Shown piece after piece: positions 52,413 through 64,000 of a stretch of DNA of 64,000 bases. Numbering within the stretch: position 1 is the first letter of the stretch; each line of letters begins with the position of its first letter. The notes beneath the pieces were generated by a model. That model made no database searches. It was not told the DNA's origin and saw only the letters and a program-made list of their open reading frames with translations. The translations under genes and the position numbers were made by a program. Origin of the DNA: Octopus vulgaris (Eukaryota); the NCBI GenBank assembly GCA_951406725.2, contig OX597824.1:3596001-3660000 (forward strand). Direction: 5' to 3'.

Positions 52413-52773
52413 TCTATATATATAAATGGCAAAATATCTGTGTGTGTGTGTGTGTGTGTGTGTCCCCTTTATACAAATTCACTATTTTTCAGTTAGGACT
52501 CGCACTTTCTATGGTCATTCTAAACCACCCAAGGGTGGTCATGCACATCTTTACATTTCCCCAGTCACCCCGCAAAGCCATTAAAAAATCAATAGAAGTG
52601 ACTTTTTTGTGAATTTTCTATCCAAAACCCAATCAAAATGCCCGAAACTTGATACGCCAATCGAATGCCAGCTAGCTGTATGTGATTGGTCAGAGATTTG
52701 TACAGTACTCTCATGTATGTGCGCACGCAGCTGTATATGCATGCACTAGCACTATGCCGGGTCATAGTGCTAG
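52413..52773 (+). mobile_element. Non-autonomous Helitron (family H)
   Basis: 5' TCTATATA, 3' hairpin gcactatg..catagtgc + CTAG|T. Confidence 0.85.
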
Positions 52774-52791
52774 TCTTTTCTAAGATTCCTA

Positions 52792-52863
<72 letters not shown>

Positions 52864-52869
52864 AATTAA

Positions 52870-53505
52870 TGGCACCTGGAATGTCATCAGGCACTCATTG
52901 TTCTCTACAGGTTGAGCAATGCAGTCAGTAGAAGTTCTATGTTTGCAATATTTAAGAATCTAGTGGTGAGTGAGAGACTCTGGGTATTGATGAGGGTCTG
53001 TTTCAGGGACTAATTTTCCAGAAATCCCTTGCCTGATAGTGCTGTCAAAGGGCACTGCTAGTTCAGGATAGACTCTACAGGCAGGACTACTGAAGAGGCC
53101 GACAGAGTGAGAAAACCAGACTACTTTCACTCATGTAGTGTCTCATGTAGGATGAGGTTCACCTCATCACCCACCTTCAACAAAGCAGGGTTGGCAGTAT
53201 TCCTCTGTATTGTGGACCTGGTGAAAGAGGTTGAAAGGATTGAGGCTAGACACCCTTCCTCATTGGTCAAAAGATGGGTAATACATCTACTATAATCATG
53301 TACCTGTAGATTGATGAGGAACAGTTAGGTGAGGGTTTGTGCCCTTGATGATCAGGTCGATCCTAGATCTGTGGGGTTTCTTAATTGACCCTTGTTTTAG
53401 GTTCCTCCCCTCATTTTTTATGTAAACTGACACACACAAACTGTAAACTATCCCTGTAATGTCCTCCTCATTTGTTGCTTTCGTGGCAAATAAAAGAAAT
53501 TATTA
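52870..53505 (+). mobile_element. Decayed L1/Tx1-like LINE 3' fragment inserted in (TTA)n
   Basis: AVFLCIV.L.KEV-like C-terminal motif; aataaaagaa tail into (TTA)n. Confidence 0.45.
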
Positions 53506-54349
53506 TTATATAATTATTGTTACTTCAATTATAATTGTGTTGATAACTTTATCATTAACCTGGTAATTCTAACTGCTTGTAGCAATGGTGTTAATGATAA
53601 TTTTGATGAGGTTAATTATAAAACTGATATGAACGATAATAATTGTTTTTATGATTTTAGAAATAAATAGTGATAGTCATGGTGATAACGGTAATAATGT
53701 TATGATGAACTGATTTACCATATTTAATGATGTACAAGATTACCTGCTGGTTCACCAATAGTTCAAGGTACAGGAATCCCGTGGTCCAATTTATGCAAAA
53801 CTTGTTTTGTTCCATTTGTTTTCACATTTCAGGGGTACTTTCAGAGTATTTTCCCATTATGCACCGATTTGGCTGTATCAAATTACAGACAAGCAAGAAC
53901 ACAAGCAATCACAGAGTTTTAGTAATATATAGATAAAATGCACTTTTTTCCCCAGAAAAATGTTCCAAAACTCACCCCAGATCCTATGAGCAAAGCTGGA
54001 CCTCCCATAAGCTGATTTTGTCCTTGACACTATTATAGACTAATTTTAGTCCAAATGGACCCTACTGTCTAACATCATCATCATCATTTAACATCCATTT
54101 TCTATGCTGGGATGGGTTTGGCTTGAGTTGGATGGTTTGACAGAAGCTGGCAAGCCAGGGAGCTGCACCAGACTCCAGCTGTCTGCTTTGGCAGGGTTTT
54201 TATGGCTGGATGCCCTTCCCAATGCCACTTTACAGAATGTGGACTAGGTGCTTTTTAACGAGGCACCAGCACCCACGACCCTACAAAGTTAGGAATGATC
54301 AGCTGAAGTGGGATGCAGGGGACATGCCTGTATGCAAGGGCAACCCTGA

Positions 54350-55020
54350 TCTTACCACCAGGAGTCTCAATCCACTGTCACCCCCTTTTGTGAGTCCCAA
54401 CATCAGAAGATCCTTTCTCACCACTTCCTCTTCCTGAGTCTACCCCTTTTACATGTTCCCTCCACAATTAGAGATTGGCATTTTTTGATGCATCTGTCTC
54501 CATTCGTACACATTACATGACCATCCCAGCACAGTCTTCTCTCTTGCACATTACATCTGATGCCTCACATCCCTAGCTTTTCTCTCAAATCACTTACACT
54601 TAGTCATATGCACAGTGACAGCAGAGAATGCAGGCTTCGTTTCTTTCAAATCACCACATTAGACAATCAGTTCCTGAGTTTTAGTGCCTATGGTTCTGGG
54701 TTCAGTCCCACTGCATGGCACCTTGGGCAAGTGTCTTCTACTATAGCCTCGGGCTGACCAAAGCCTTGTATGTCCTCAGTAGTCACAGCCCATGTCTCAT
54801 TGCCATGTAGCATAGCTGTTCATACACAGGTATCATACAACCTGCCTTTCACTCTGAGGGACAGGCCCTTCATCACTAACAGAGGTAGTGGCTCCCTGAA
54901 CTTTTCCCAGCCTGTTCTTATTGTAGCAGCTACGCTTTCAAAACTATCTCCTCCACTTCTAACATGGTCACCTAAGTAACAGAAACTGTTTACTACTTCT
55001 AAGGATCCCCCCGCTGACAT
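54350..55020 (-). mobile_element. RTE LINE 3' fragment with nested SINE piece
   Basis: LEVVNSFCYLGD, WEKFRE.LPLL..KGLSLRVKGRLYD.CV. Confidence 0.85.
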
Positions 55021-55812
55021 TTTTTATACTTTCTTGGCATTTAATAATAACATTATTATTATTATTATTATTTGTACTGTTGTTTTGTAATGTACTGCTA
55101 GACAGCTTTACATATTACATGCTTTAACAATATGATATTAAAACTGGTGGCGAGCTGGCAGAATCGGTAGCACACTGGGCGAAATGCTTAGTGGTATTTC
55201 GTCTGCCGCTACGTTCTGAGTTCAAATTCTGCCGAGGTCAACTTTGCCTTTCATCCTTTCGGGGTCGATTAAATAAGTACCAGTTATGCACTGGGGTTGA
55301 TATAATCGACTTAATCCATTTATCTGTCCTTGTTTGTCCTCTCTGTGTTTAGCCCCCTGTGGGTAGTAAAGAAATATGTATTTAAACTAACATATCCAAC
55401 CCAAATATTCTACCTGTTTTTATGTTCATACTAGTCAGCTCTGGCCTCTCATACCTACCTGACAATGTCATTCTAAAAATAAACAATCCCTTTATTGAAA
55501 TTTCAAAGCTACAAGATAATCCATGATTAATTCAAAACAATGTGAATAAATAAGCAATACTTTTGACAGAGTAAGCTGAATGCTAAATGGTTAATGCCCC
55601 AAAAAGATTTTTTCCTCTTCCTGGATAATATCTGCTGAAACTGGGGTGCATCTTTCATGTCCATGTGGCTGTTTTGCCATCAAATACAATCGTATTAACT
55701 CCAAAATAATTTTTAAAGATTTCACTTGATTTTCCATTTTTTTTTGTCTTTGTTTTTCAGCTTTCCATTAATTTATTTTAAGTGTAACGAAAAAGTTTGA
55801 TCAAAATTAAAG

Positions 55813-55862
55813 ATGGAAGAATCGGAGTCTCTAATCAACCAAGGCCCCACACCTATTGACAA
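55813..55862 (+). CDS. SLC29A3: Equilibrative nucleoside transporter (ENT3-like), first coding exon (exon 55761-55862; MEESESLINQGPTPIDK)
   Basis: Acceptor tttttcAG at 55760, ATG 55813 in aagATGG context, donor AA|GTAAGT; phase 2 joins next exon to give the ENT motif P.DKY..VY. Confidence 0.85.
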
Positions 55863-56719
55863 GTAAGTAGAAAAATAATCCCTTTCTCTCGTTAATCATT
55901 GAACCAATTAACCTCTGGAGTGTTTCTTTAATTGTTCAGCCATTCCTTCAATCAGCTGAGTTCGTCCATCATTTGCAACTTCATCAGGGTTGCACTCGGG
56001 ATTCTGATGAACTCAACTGATTGATTGATCAACCACACAATTAATCCAACAGTCAATTAGTTAAATGATTAACTAGTTGACTAATAATAATCATTTCAAA
56101 CTTTGACTCAAAGGCGACAATTTTAGGAGAAAGAGATAGTTGATAACATTGATCCCCAGTGCACAGCTGGTACTTATTTTATAGAGCTGGATGAAAATAA
56201 GATTTAAACTCAGAACATAAATCTAAATGAAACCCCTATTTCTTTACTACCCACAAGGGGCTAAACACAGAGAGGACAAACAAGGACAGACAAACGGATC
56301 GAGTCGATTACATCGACCTCAATAACACCAATTAATAATTAGGTCATTACTAATTTATTTTTAATTACTTTTGCCAGTATACAATCATTGATAATAGCTA
56401 ATGTAACTAGCTTAATTACATGGGTGGGTGTTGTTTAGCCTCAGTGTAAGCTTTATCACAGAGCTCTGTGATCCAAGGCATTCCGACTGTCACATTCCTC
56501 TATTTTTCTTTTACCCTTTTACTTGTTTCAGTCATTTGACTGCGGCCATGCTGGGGCACTGCCTTTAGTCGAGCAAGTCGACCCCAGGACTTATTCTTTG
56601 TAAGCCTAGTACTTATTCTGTCGGTCTCTTTTACCAAACTGCTAAGTTACAGGGATGTAAACACGCTAGCATCGGTTGTCAAGCGATGTTGGGGGGGGGG
56701 GACAAACACAGACACACAA

Positions 56720-56772
<53 letters not shown>

Positions 56773-58368
56773 CGACGGGCTTCTTTGAGTTTCTGTCTAC
56801 CAGATCCACTCGCAAGGCTTTGGTCGACCCGAGGCTATAGTAGAAGACACTTGCCCTAGGTGCCATGCAGTGGGACTGAACCCGGAACCATAGCCACTAA
56901 AACTCAGGAACTGATTGTCTAATGTGGTGATTTAAAAGAAATTTGACTGCTATTTCTAACAGGTTAAGCAACCATATTGAGGATCCTCGTTGGCATGTAA
57001 TTTGTATGTGTGTGTGTCTATGTGAGTGTGCAGATGCATGTGTGATATCACTATCATCATCATCATCATCATCGTTTAAACGTCCGTTTTCCGTGCTAGC
57101 ACGGGTTGGACAGTTCGACCGGGGTCTGGGAGGCCAGGGGCTGCACCAGGCTCCAGTCTGATCTGGCAGAGTTTCTACAGCTGGATACCCTTCCTAACGC
57201 CAACCACTCCGCGAGTGTAGTGGGTGCTTTTTACGTGCCACCTGCACAGGTGCCAGGGGTGTCCGGCATCGGCCACGATCAGTTGGAGCTTTTAACATGC
57301 CACCGGCACGGAAGCCAACCAAGGCGGCGCTGGCAACGGCCACGTTTGGATGGTGCTTTTTATGTGCCACCGGCACAGAAGCCAGTCGGGGCGGCGCTGG
57401 CAACGGCCACGTTCGGATGGTGCTTTTTATGTGCCACCGGCACAGGTACCACAACTTCACTATGTAAATTCATTTTTTCTAGCTGGAAATGATAAGAATG
57501 GTTGAGCATGGAGCAAATAAAATGTAAGGCATTTTAGACTTTTCTCTCTAAGTTTCAAGTTCAAATTCCACCAGGATCGACTTTTACCTTCCATGGATGC
57601 AGTTATGTCTGTGTAGTAGTAAAGCTGTTTCCTTTACAATTGATTCTGTTCTGGATCTGATTTCACTGGAGAGACATCTTGGAGAAAGGTGTAGGCATGG
57701 CTTTGTGGTAAATTATTTGCTTCCGAACCACGTGATTCTGGGTTCAGTCCCTCTGTGTGGTACTTTGAGCAAATGTTTTCTACCATTGTAGATTTGGTAG
57801 ATGGAAACTAAAAGAATCCCATTGTGTGTGTGTGTGTGTCTTTGTGTTTATCCCTCACCTACTTGACAATCGCTGTTGGCTTGTTTACGTCCTTGTAACA
57901 TAGCAGTTCAGCAAAAAGAGTCTAATAGAATAAGTACCTGGATTACAAAAAAAAAATATATATAGATATTACAGTAAATTTGTTTGACTAAACTCTTGAA
58001 GGCACTGCTCCAGCATGGCTACAATATAATGTCTAAACAAGTAAAAGATAAAAGACAAAAATGTCTTCTTGCTTAGTTCAGATTAACCAAAGTTTTGTGA
58101 ATGGAATATGGATGGGGTTCTGTAGAAGGAGCAAGAACTCCTGAAATGTAGATATTTACCCATGACCTATGTTTATTGGCATAAGCATGGCTGTGTGGTA
58201 AGAAGTTTGCTTCTCAACAACATGGTTCCAGGTTCAGACCCACAGTATGGCACCTTGGACAAGCATTTTCTACTATAGCCTCAGGCCAACCAAAGCCTTG
58301 TGAGTGGATTTGGTAGATGGAAAATGAAAGATGCCCATCGTATATATATATATATATACATATATAAA

Positions 58369-58951
58369 CGAAATTTTCAGAATGAGATAAAAATCCACGG
58401 CTGTGAAAGATTTTAGAACATCTATAAATGGAGGGTCTTACAGCTGTTTCCGGTATATTTTATATATCCCTTCATTGGAAACGGCGTGAGAAAATGGTTA
58501 AGCAATAGTTAATTTTGATAAGATATGAGATATGCATGGATATTGCATCTGTAGATCCATTATTTAGGCAGAATGGTATACATATAAGATTCCAATACCT
58601 TGTAAGTTCCAATAGTATTTAAAATTGGTCATTCCAAGTATAGGGTTTGTACATAGTGTTATTGAATCGAGGGTTTTATTTAAAGTGGAATGACCAATTT
58701 TAAATACTATTGGAGCTTACAAGGTATTGGAATCTTATATGTATACCATTCTGCCTAAATACTGAATCTACAGATGCAATATCCATGCATATATATCATA
58801 TCTTATCTAAATTAACTATTACTTAACCATCCTCTCACACCGTCTCCGATGAAGGGATATAATAAATATCCTGGAAACAGCTGTAAGATCTATTTATAAA
58901 TGTTCTAAAATCTTTCACAGCCGTGAACTTTTATCTCATTCTGAAAATTTT
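58369..58951. mobile_element. Large fold-back PLE-derived element (~265-bp arms, ~50-nt spacer) with a hammerhead motif in each arm
   Basis: Arms 58369-58635 / 58687-58951; right arm homologous to 24490-24630. Confidence 0.85.
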
Positions 58952-59318
58952 TATATATACACATGCTGATATATGACCTAATTTGAACTCCTCATTCGCA
59001 TAATCACCGAACCTGGAGCTTAACTATGGTCTGTCCATAGCACTTACCATTACTTGACACCCAATATTCATTTACTGGTTATTATTTATAGCTTTATCCG
59101 CTTAGAGTTCTGCAGTTAAAAACAAATTATGACACAAATATATATCTAAAAGCAAAAATTCGAAAATATAAACCTATAATTTTTCTATATGTGTTCGAAT
59201 GTGTATTTCTACTTGTGCAAGTGTTTGTTTATTTTTGTGGGTTTTTTTTGTATTATATTGTTTTCTCTGTCTCTCACATTAATCTGGTAATTTCCTTTTT
59301 TTATCATCTTTTTTTCAG

Positions 59319-59400
59319 ATATCATTTGGTTTATATAATAACTTATTTGTTAGGGGTTACCACTCTCTTGCCATGGAACTTTTTTATCACAGGAGAAAAG
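59319..59400 (+). CDS. SLC29A3: ENT3-like exon, TM1 (YHLVYIITYLLGVTTLLPWNFFITGEK)
   Basis: tttttcAG|A ... AAG|GTTGGT; 82 nt; hallmark SLC29 motif LLPWNFFIT. Confidence 0.93.
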
Positions 59401-59627
59401 GTTGGTTTGTTTGTTTGTTTGTTGCTATTGTTACTGTTGTTGTTGTTGCCAGGATTTCACACTTTATACTTAGTTTCATATAATCTCTTGAGTATGTTTT
59501 TAATCAGGGGCGAGCGAGCGAGTGAGTGTGTGTGTGTGTGTGTGTATGCGTGCATGCATGTGCATAGCAGTGTTCCAACTCAAATTCAGTAATGTAAGCT
59601 AATGAAAAACTCATTAATTATACAATA

Positions 59628-59992
59628 CTAGCACTGTGACCCAGCAATGCCGGGTCATAGTGCTAGTGCATGCTTATACAGCTGCATGCATGCACACATA
59701 CACACGAGTACTGTCCAAATCTCCAACCAATCACATACAGCTAGCTGGCATTCAATTGGCGTATCAAGTTTCAGGCATTTTGATTGGGTTTTGGATAGAA
59801 AATTCACAAAAAAGTCACTTCTATGGATTTTTTCAATGACTTTGCCAGATGACTGGGGAAATATAAAGATATGCACAACCACCCTTGGGTGGTTTTGAAT
59901 GACCATAGAAAGTACGAGCCCTCTAACTGAAAAACTGTGGATTTGTATAAAGGACACACACACAGACATTTTGCCATTTATATATAGAGAGA
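59628..59992 (-). mobile_element. Non-autonomous Helitron family H, inverted relative to 52413-52773
   Basis: Reverse-complement similarity over ~360 bp; terminal hairpin actagcactgtgaccc..gggtcatagtgctagt. Confidence 0.88.
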
Positions 59993-60301
59993 TTCCTGCA
60001 TACTGTAATTGCTGAGTCTAAATAATACAGGAACAGGACCATGTGCATCTCTGTACTTATTGACATTGTAAAACCCTTAGTTCTTTTGTCTGGTAATCCT
60101 GACTGCTTATCCACTTAGCAGTATATTTAACTCTTTCATTACCAATGTACCTGATGCCACATCCAGTTCTCTCAGACAAACTTCCTGGTTAAAGCAATTC
60201 AAACTTCTTGCTAATTTATTTTGCAAACACCTGCTTTAATAATCCTTTCTATTTGGTCATCCCATAAATAATGTGGTTTTTTTGAAAATTAAGATAAATA
60301 A

Positions 60302-60585
60302 ATTACAGAGATGTACTTGCATAGCGAGTGACTTGATCTGAGATCGTGTGCTGGAACGAAAACAATTGCAGCGTGGAAGGTGTTTATAAACCATATAAGA
60401 AACACACAAAAACCGCTAGATTCACTTCAACATTTAAATTTAATTTGTGTCAAAACTTTGTGCTGCACAAAGTTTTGTCAGTGAACAGGTCACCGTCTCA
60501 AAGCGACGAAAATATTTTGACAAATTAAACTTAAATGTTGAAGTGGATCTAACGGTTTTTGTGTGTTTCTTAAATGGCTTATAAA
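60302..60585. mobile_element. Fold-back element, same family as 19905-20240; + strand G3-C8 hammerhead at 60474-60524
   Basis: TTTGTCA-GTGAACA-G-GTCACcgtctcaaaGCGAC-GAA-AATATT-T-TGACAAA. Confidence 0.82.
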
Positions 60586-60589
60586 GATA

Positions 60590-60870
60590 AATAAAGTTCT
60601 TTTTGAATCTAAAATATACGCTCCTTTGTTTCCAACAATGCTCTTCCATCTACCTGGTAGACTTGCAAGAAACCACTTCCAAAATTCACTTGTCTGTGAC
60701 GAAAAATACTCCTCCAGTTCTGTTCCAATCTTAACTACAGAATTCCTATTTTTTCCCCATCCAAATGATTTGGAAGACTGCGGAATAAATGATAATCAGA
60801 TGGGGCAATGTCTGGCGAATATGTGGGGGTTGGGCTTCATTTCCCATTCAAACTGTTCCAGGCAGTTTTG
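60590..60870 (-). mobile_element. mariner (DD34D) transposase 3' fragment
   Basis: YSPDIAPSDYHLFRSL, LPGRWKSIVGNKGAYI. Confidence 0.8.
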
Positions 60871-61266
60871 ATTTAGCAACCTTAACAGAAAACCGAACTA
60901 AGAAAAGGGGAAACCCTTACTAATGGTGAAGAGTTAAAGGCTGAGTTAGTCAACCCTGACAGTAAATTATGCCAAATGAGAACTTGAAGCCCACCAACCT
61001 GTTCATCCTGAAGAGAGCTTGGAGACACAATGAACAGGTTGTGTGTGAGGTCCCTAACCCTTAATCGTGGGGTTGAGAATATGCGAGCATTTATACTGTT
61101 AGAATAAATATTTTTTCTGCTAACCTCCTCAGCAGGATGAGTGCATATCTGCTTGTAGTACTGTTTGTCTTTCAGGTAGATTAAGGACTGCTAGAAACTG
61201 CATTTTATTTTTAAGGTTTTGGTCTGGAGGAAATGGTTGTATTCACGGCTTCTGCAGGCTCTTTAA

Positions 61267-61488
61267 CCCGTTTGTTGCTGTATTTATTTCGAGGTGCTCT
61301 GTGTTTCTTTCAATTCATTTTGAATATAACAAAGAATTTAGTAAAATAACTTAGTTATCATTAAGCTATTATTAGGAGCATAAATTGTGACTAAGGTTTG
61401 GTGGAAGATTTTAATTCAGAACTTATGAAAACAAGACATTTGTACTACAGAGCCAGAGGCAGTTTTAGGCAGGTTGGTATCAAACGGG
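61267..61488. mobile_element. piggyBac-type MITE
   Basis: TTAA-CCCGTTTG ... CAAACGGG-TTAA. Confidence 0.85.
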
Positions 61489-62027
61489 TTAAGCAAAGTT
61501 TGACAACTTCAGGAAAAGAATGGGCAGGGGGTGGATTCCAGAGGGGTTGTTTGGGAATGTAAAGAGTGTGTTTTGACTGAAATAATTGATACAATCATCA
61601 TTGTCATTGTTTAATGCCCACCTTCCATGCTGACAGGAATGGGACGTTTGAATGCTTGGTCATGTCCGTAGTAAGAGGTACTGAGTGTCATATAATCGAT
61701 GGCCAAACATGTTGTGTGAGTACAGTTCTGTGGTTGTGTGTTTTAGAAGTTTATTTCACGGCTAAAAGATGCAGCAGAAAAATCTCCTTCATTCACCATT
61801 CTTGATAAACTTTACAACTGCAAACATACAGTGAGCACCAGTCCAAACCATGTTTGTATGAGTGAATAATAAACGGTAAAATAGTAGCTACATTATTATT
61901 ATTATTATTATTACAAGGGTTTATCTTAAAATGTGCTTTTAAGGTAAATTCTTATAAATTGCCCGACTTATCTTTGCCTTAACAATGGCAACTTTTTAAC
62001 AATTCTATTTCTCTTTGAATTTTGCAG

Positions 62028-62176
62028 TATTTTCACTTCAAGTTAAGAAACACAACACTGCCCGGCAACATGTCAGATGTTACACCATTGCAACAGTACT
62101 TTGAAAGTTCCCTTGCTGTTTCAGCAACAGTCTCAAACGTCCTCTGTAATATAATTGTGGTAATAATTGTAAAACG
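62028..62176 (+). CDS. SLC29A3: ENT3-like exon, glycosylated loop and TM2 (YFHFKLRNTTLPGNMSDVTPLQQYFESSLAVSATVSNVLCNIIVVIIVKR); gene continues beyond the window
   Basis: tttgcAG|TAT ... CG|GTAAGT; FKLRN and YFES.LAV motifs as in ENT3; sequons NTT and NMS. Exact SLC29 paralogue is inferred. Confidence 0.9.
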
Positions 62177-62190
62177 GTAAGTTTATACCA

Positions 62191-62405
62191 AAAGGCAGTG
62201 AGCTGGCAGAAATGTTAGCATGCTGGGCGAAATGCATAGCTGTATTTTGTCTGCCGTTACGTTCTGAGTTCAAATTCTGCCCAAATTCGGGGTCGATAAA
62301 TTAAGTACCAGTTACGCACTGGGGTCGATGTAATCGACTTAATCCGTTTGTCTGTCCTTGTTTGTCCCCTCTGTGTTTAGCCCCTTGTGGATAGTAAAGA
62401 AATAG
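62191..62405 (+). mobile_element. SINE family C copy with 15-bp TSD overlapping the ENT splice donor
   Basis: ggtaagtttatacca at 62176-62190 and 62405-62419. Confidence 0.9.
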
Positions 62406-62691
62406 GTAAGTTTATACCAGAACCATTTATCATATCTCTGGCACCAAAATTGATACTAGTCATGATAATTTTAATATACTTCACCTGAAGTTTGTTATCA
62501 TGTACCTGACAACTGTATTTAATCTTTTTAGTGCAGAAATCAAACAAAACTTCTCAAAATTTCATTAATCTACAATGCAAAACACAGTTCTCTACACCAA
62601 TCTGTCTTTTGTTGAGGAATGTTACTTTTGAAACTGTTTTCTGTTGAGATATGTCAAGTTTATTGAGGCAATATTACTTGCAGAAAATACC

Positions 62692-63980
62692 GTTTTTTTT
62701 TTTTTTTCTGTAGTTTAAGCTCAGAGCTGTGGCCATGCTGATGCACCACCATTTTGCTACAGTTATTACTGAGAGCCTCTTCTAATATGTCGCACTTGGT
62801 GAAGAATGGAGTTTGATATAGCTACCCTCATTTGCACCTCTTGCCGTGAGGTAGGTTCATCTGGGACTCTCGATAGGAAGATGTCCAGCTTTGATTTAAA
62901 AACGCCTACATCTACTTTGTGCAGGTTCCTCAGGCTCTTTGGGAGAATATTAAAAAGCTGTGGGCCCTTGAAACCCAGGCTGTTGCAGAAGCTGGTCCTG
63001 AAGCGTGATGGCACTGCTGGGATCTTTGGCACTATGCAGTGTCGTCCCGTTCTAGCATTGGTGTAGTTTCAATGCCAAAATTTGGCACAATTCCTTCCAG
63101 GATCTTCCAGATGTATATGACTGCATACCTCTCCCGTCTTCTCTCCAGGAAGTAGAGTCTTAGCTGTTTCAACCTTTCCCAGTAGCTGAGCTGTTGCAAA
63201 GAGATGATCTTCTTTGTGAATCTTCTCTGGATTGCTTCAAGGTCCACTGTTAATTTTACACTGGTGGGTGACCATAGCTGTGAGCAGTAATCCAGGCAGC
63301 TGAGGATGAATGTCCTCCAGAGGACCATCATGGTTTCCTTATCTCTGGTTCTTAATGTTCTTAGGATCCATCCAGCCAGTCATCTGCACTTTGTCGCCAT
63401 CCTGGTAATGTGCACTTGGAAAGAGGTATCATCACTCATGTCGATACCCAGGTCCCTCACTGACTTTAGGCTCTGGGATTGAAATTCCCTGTGGACCGGT
63501 GTATCCTGTAAGTTTAATATTCAGTTTTGGATGCTGGTAGCACAGGGCCTTGGAATTTTTCAGCATTAAACTGCATATTATTATCCTCAGCCCATCTGTA
63601 GATTGAGTCCAACTCCTGCTGCAGATGTGCAACATCGCTGGGGTTCTGTATTTTCTGCGAGACTTTCATATTGTCTGCATAGCTTGCCAGAGTGGCTATC
63701 CGGGCATTTGTGTGTTCATAGAGGTGGCTCCATTAACCACTACTGCCTGACTCCTATCTTTCAGGAAGTCATGTAACCACACTCCAAATTTTCCAGCTAT
63801 GCCGAGGTCACGCAGTTTGTGGCATATCATACCATGATCCACTTTGTCAAAAGCTTTTGCAAAATCAAGGTGCATTACGTCCACATTTGAGTTGTTGAGT
63901 AACTGCCTCAACACCCAGTCATAATGTTGTAAGAGCTGGGTCAGGCAGCTCCTACCTGGTCGAAAGCCATGCTGGGTATC
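62692..63980 (-). mobile_element. CR1/L2-group LINE, 5'-truncated RT with poly(A) tail
   Basis: QHGFRPGRSCLTQLL, LDFAKAFDKVDH, SYADN, LDYCSQLWSP, LEAIQRRFTK, SYWERLKQLRLY. Confidence 0.92.
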
Positions 63981-64000
63981 ACTGTATTTAGAAACAACAG

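Overview
AT-rich, repeat-dense eukaryotic DNA whose SINE families and microsatellite load point to an octopus (coleoid cephalopod) genome (inference). Two spliced + strand genes can be assembled by hand with consistent GT-AG phases. The first is the 3' part of a GRAMD4 orthologue (exons 12221-12347, 15217-15307, 17034-17115, 17905-17973). It ends in TWO paralogous, mutually exclusive terminal exons (22234-22344 or 26168-26419), each completing the GRAM domain. The second is the 5' part of an ENT3/SLC29A3-like nucleoside transporter (55813-55862, 59319-59400, 62028-62176), with a probable promoter near 38.4-38.6 kb. The rest is tRNA-SINEs, RTE/CR1/R4/Tx1 LINE fragments, Tc1/mariner relics, non-autonomous Helitrons, MITEs and tandem repeats. 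Also notable is a set of Penelope-like-element (PLE) relics and fold-back elements carrying minimal hammerhead-ribozyme motifs. Some show compensatory G3-C8 or U3-A8 core swaps, and one is fused to a tRNA-derived head. Almost all ORFs in the supplied track are microsatellite or transposon artefacts. Repeat boundaries are approximate.
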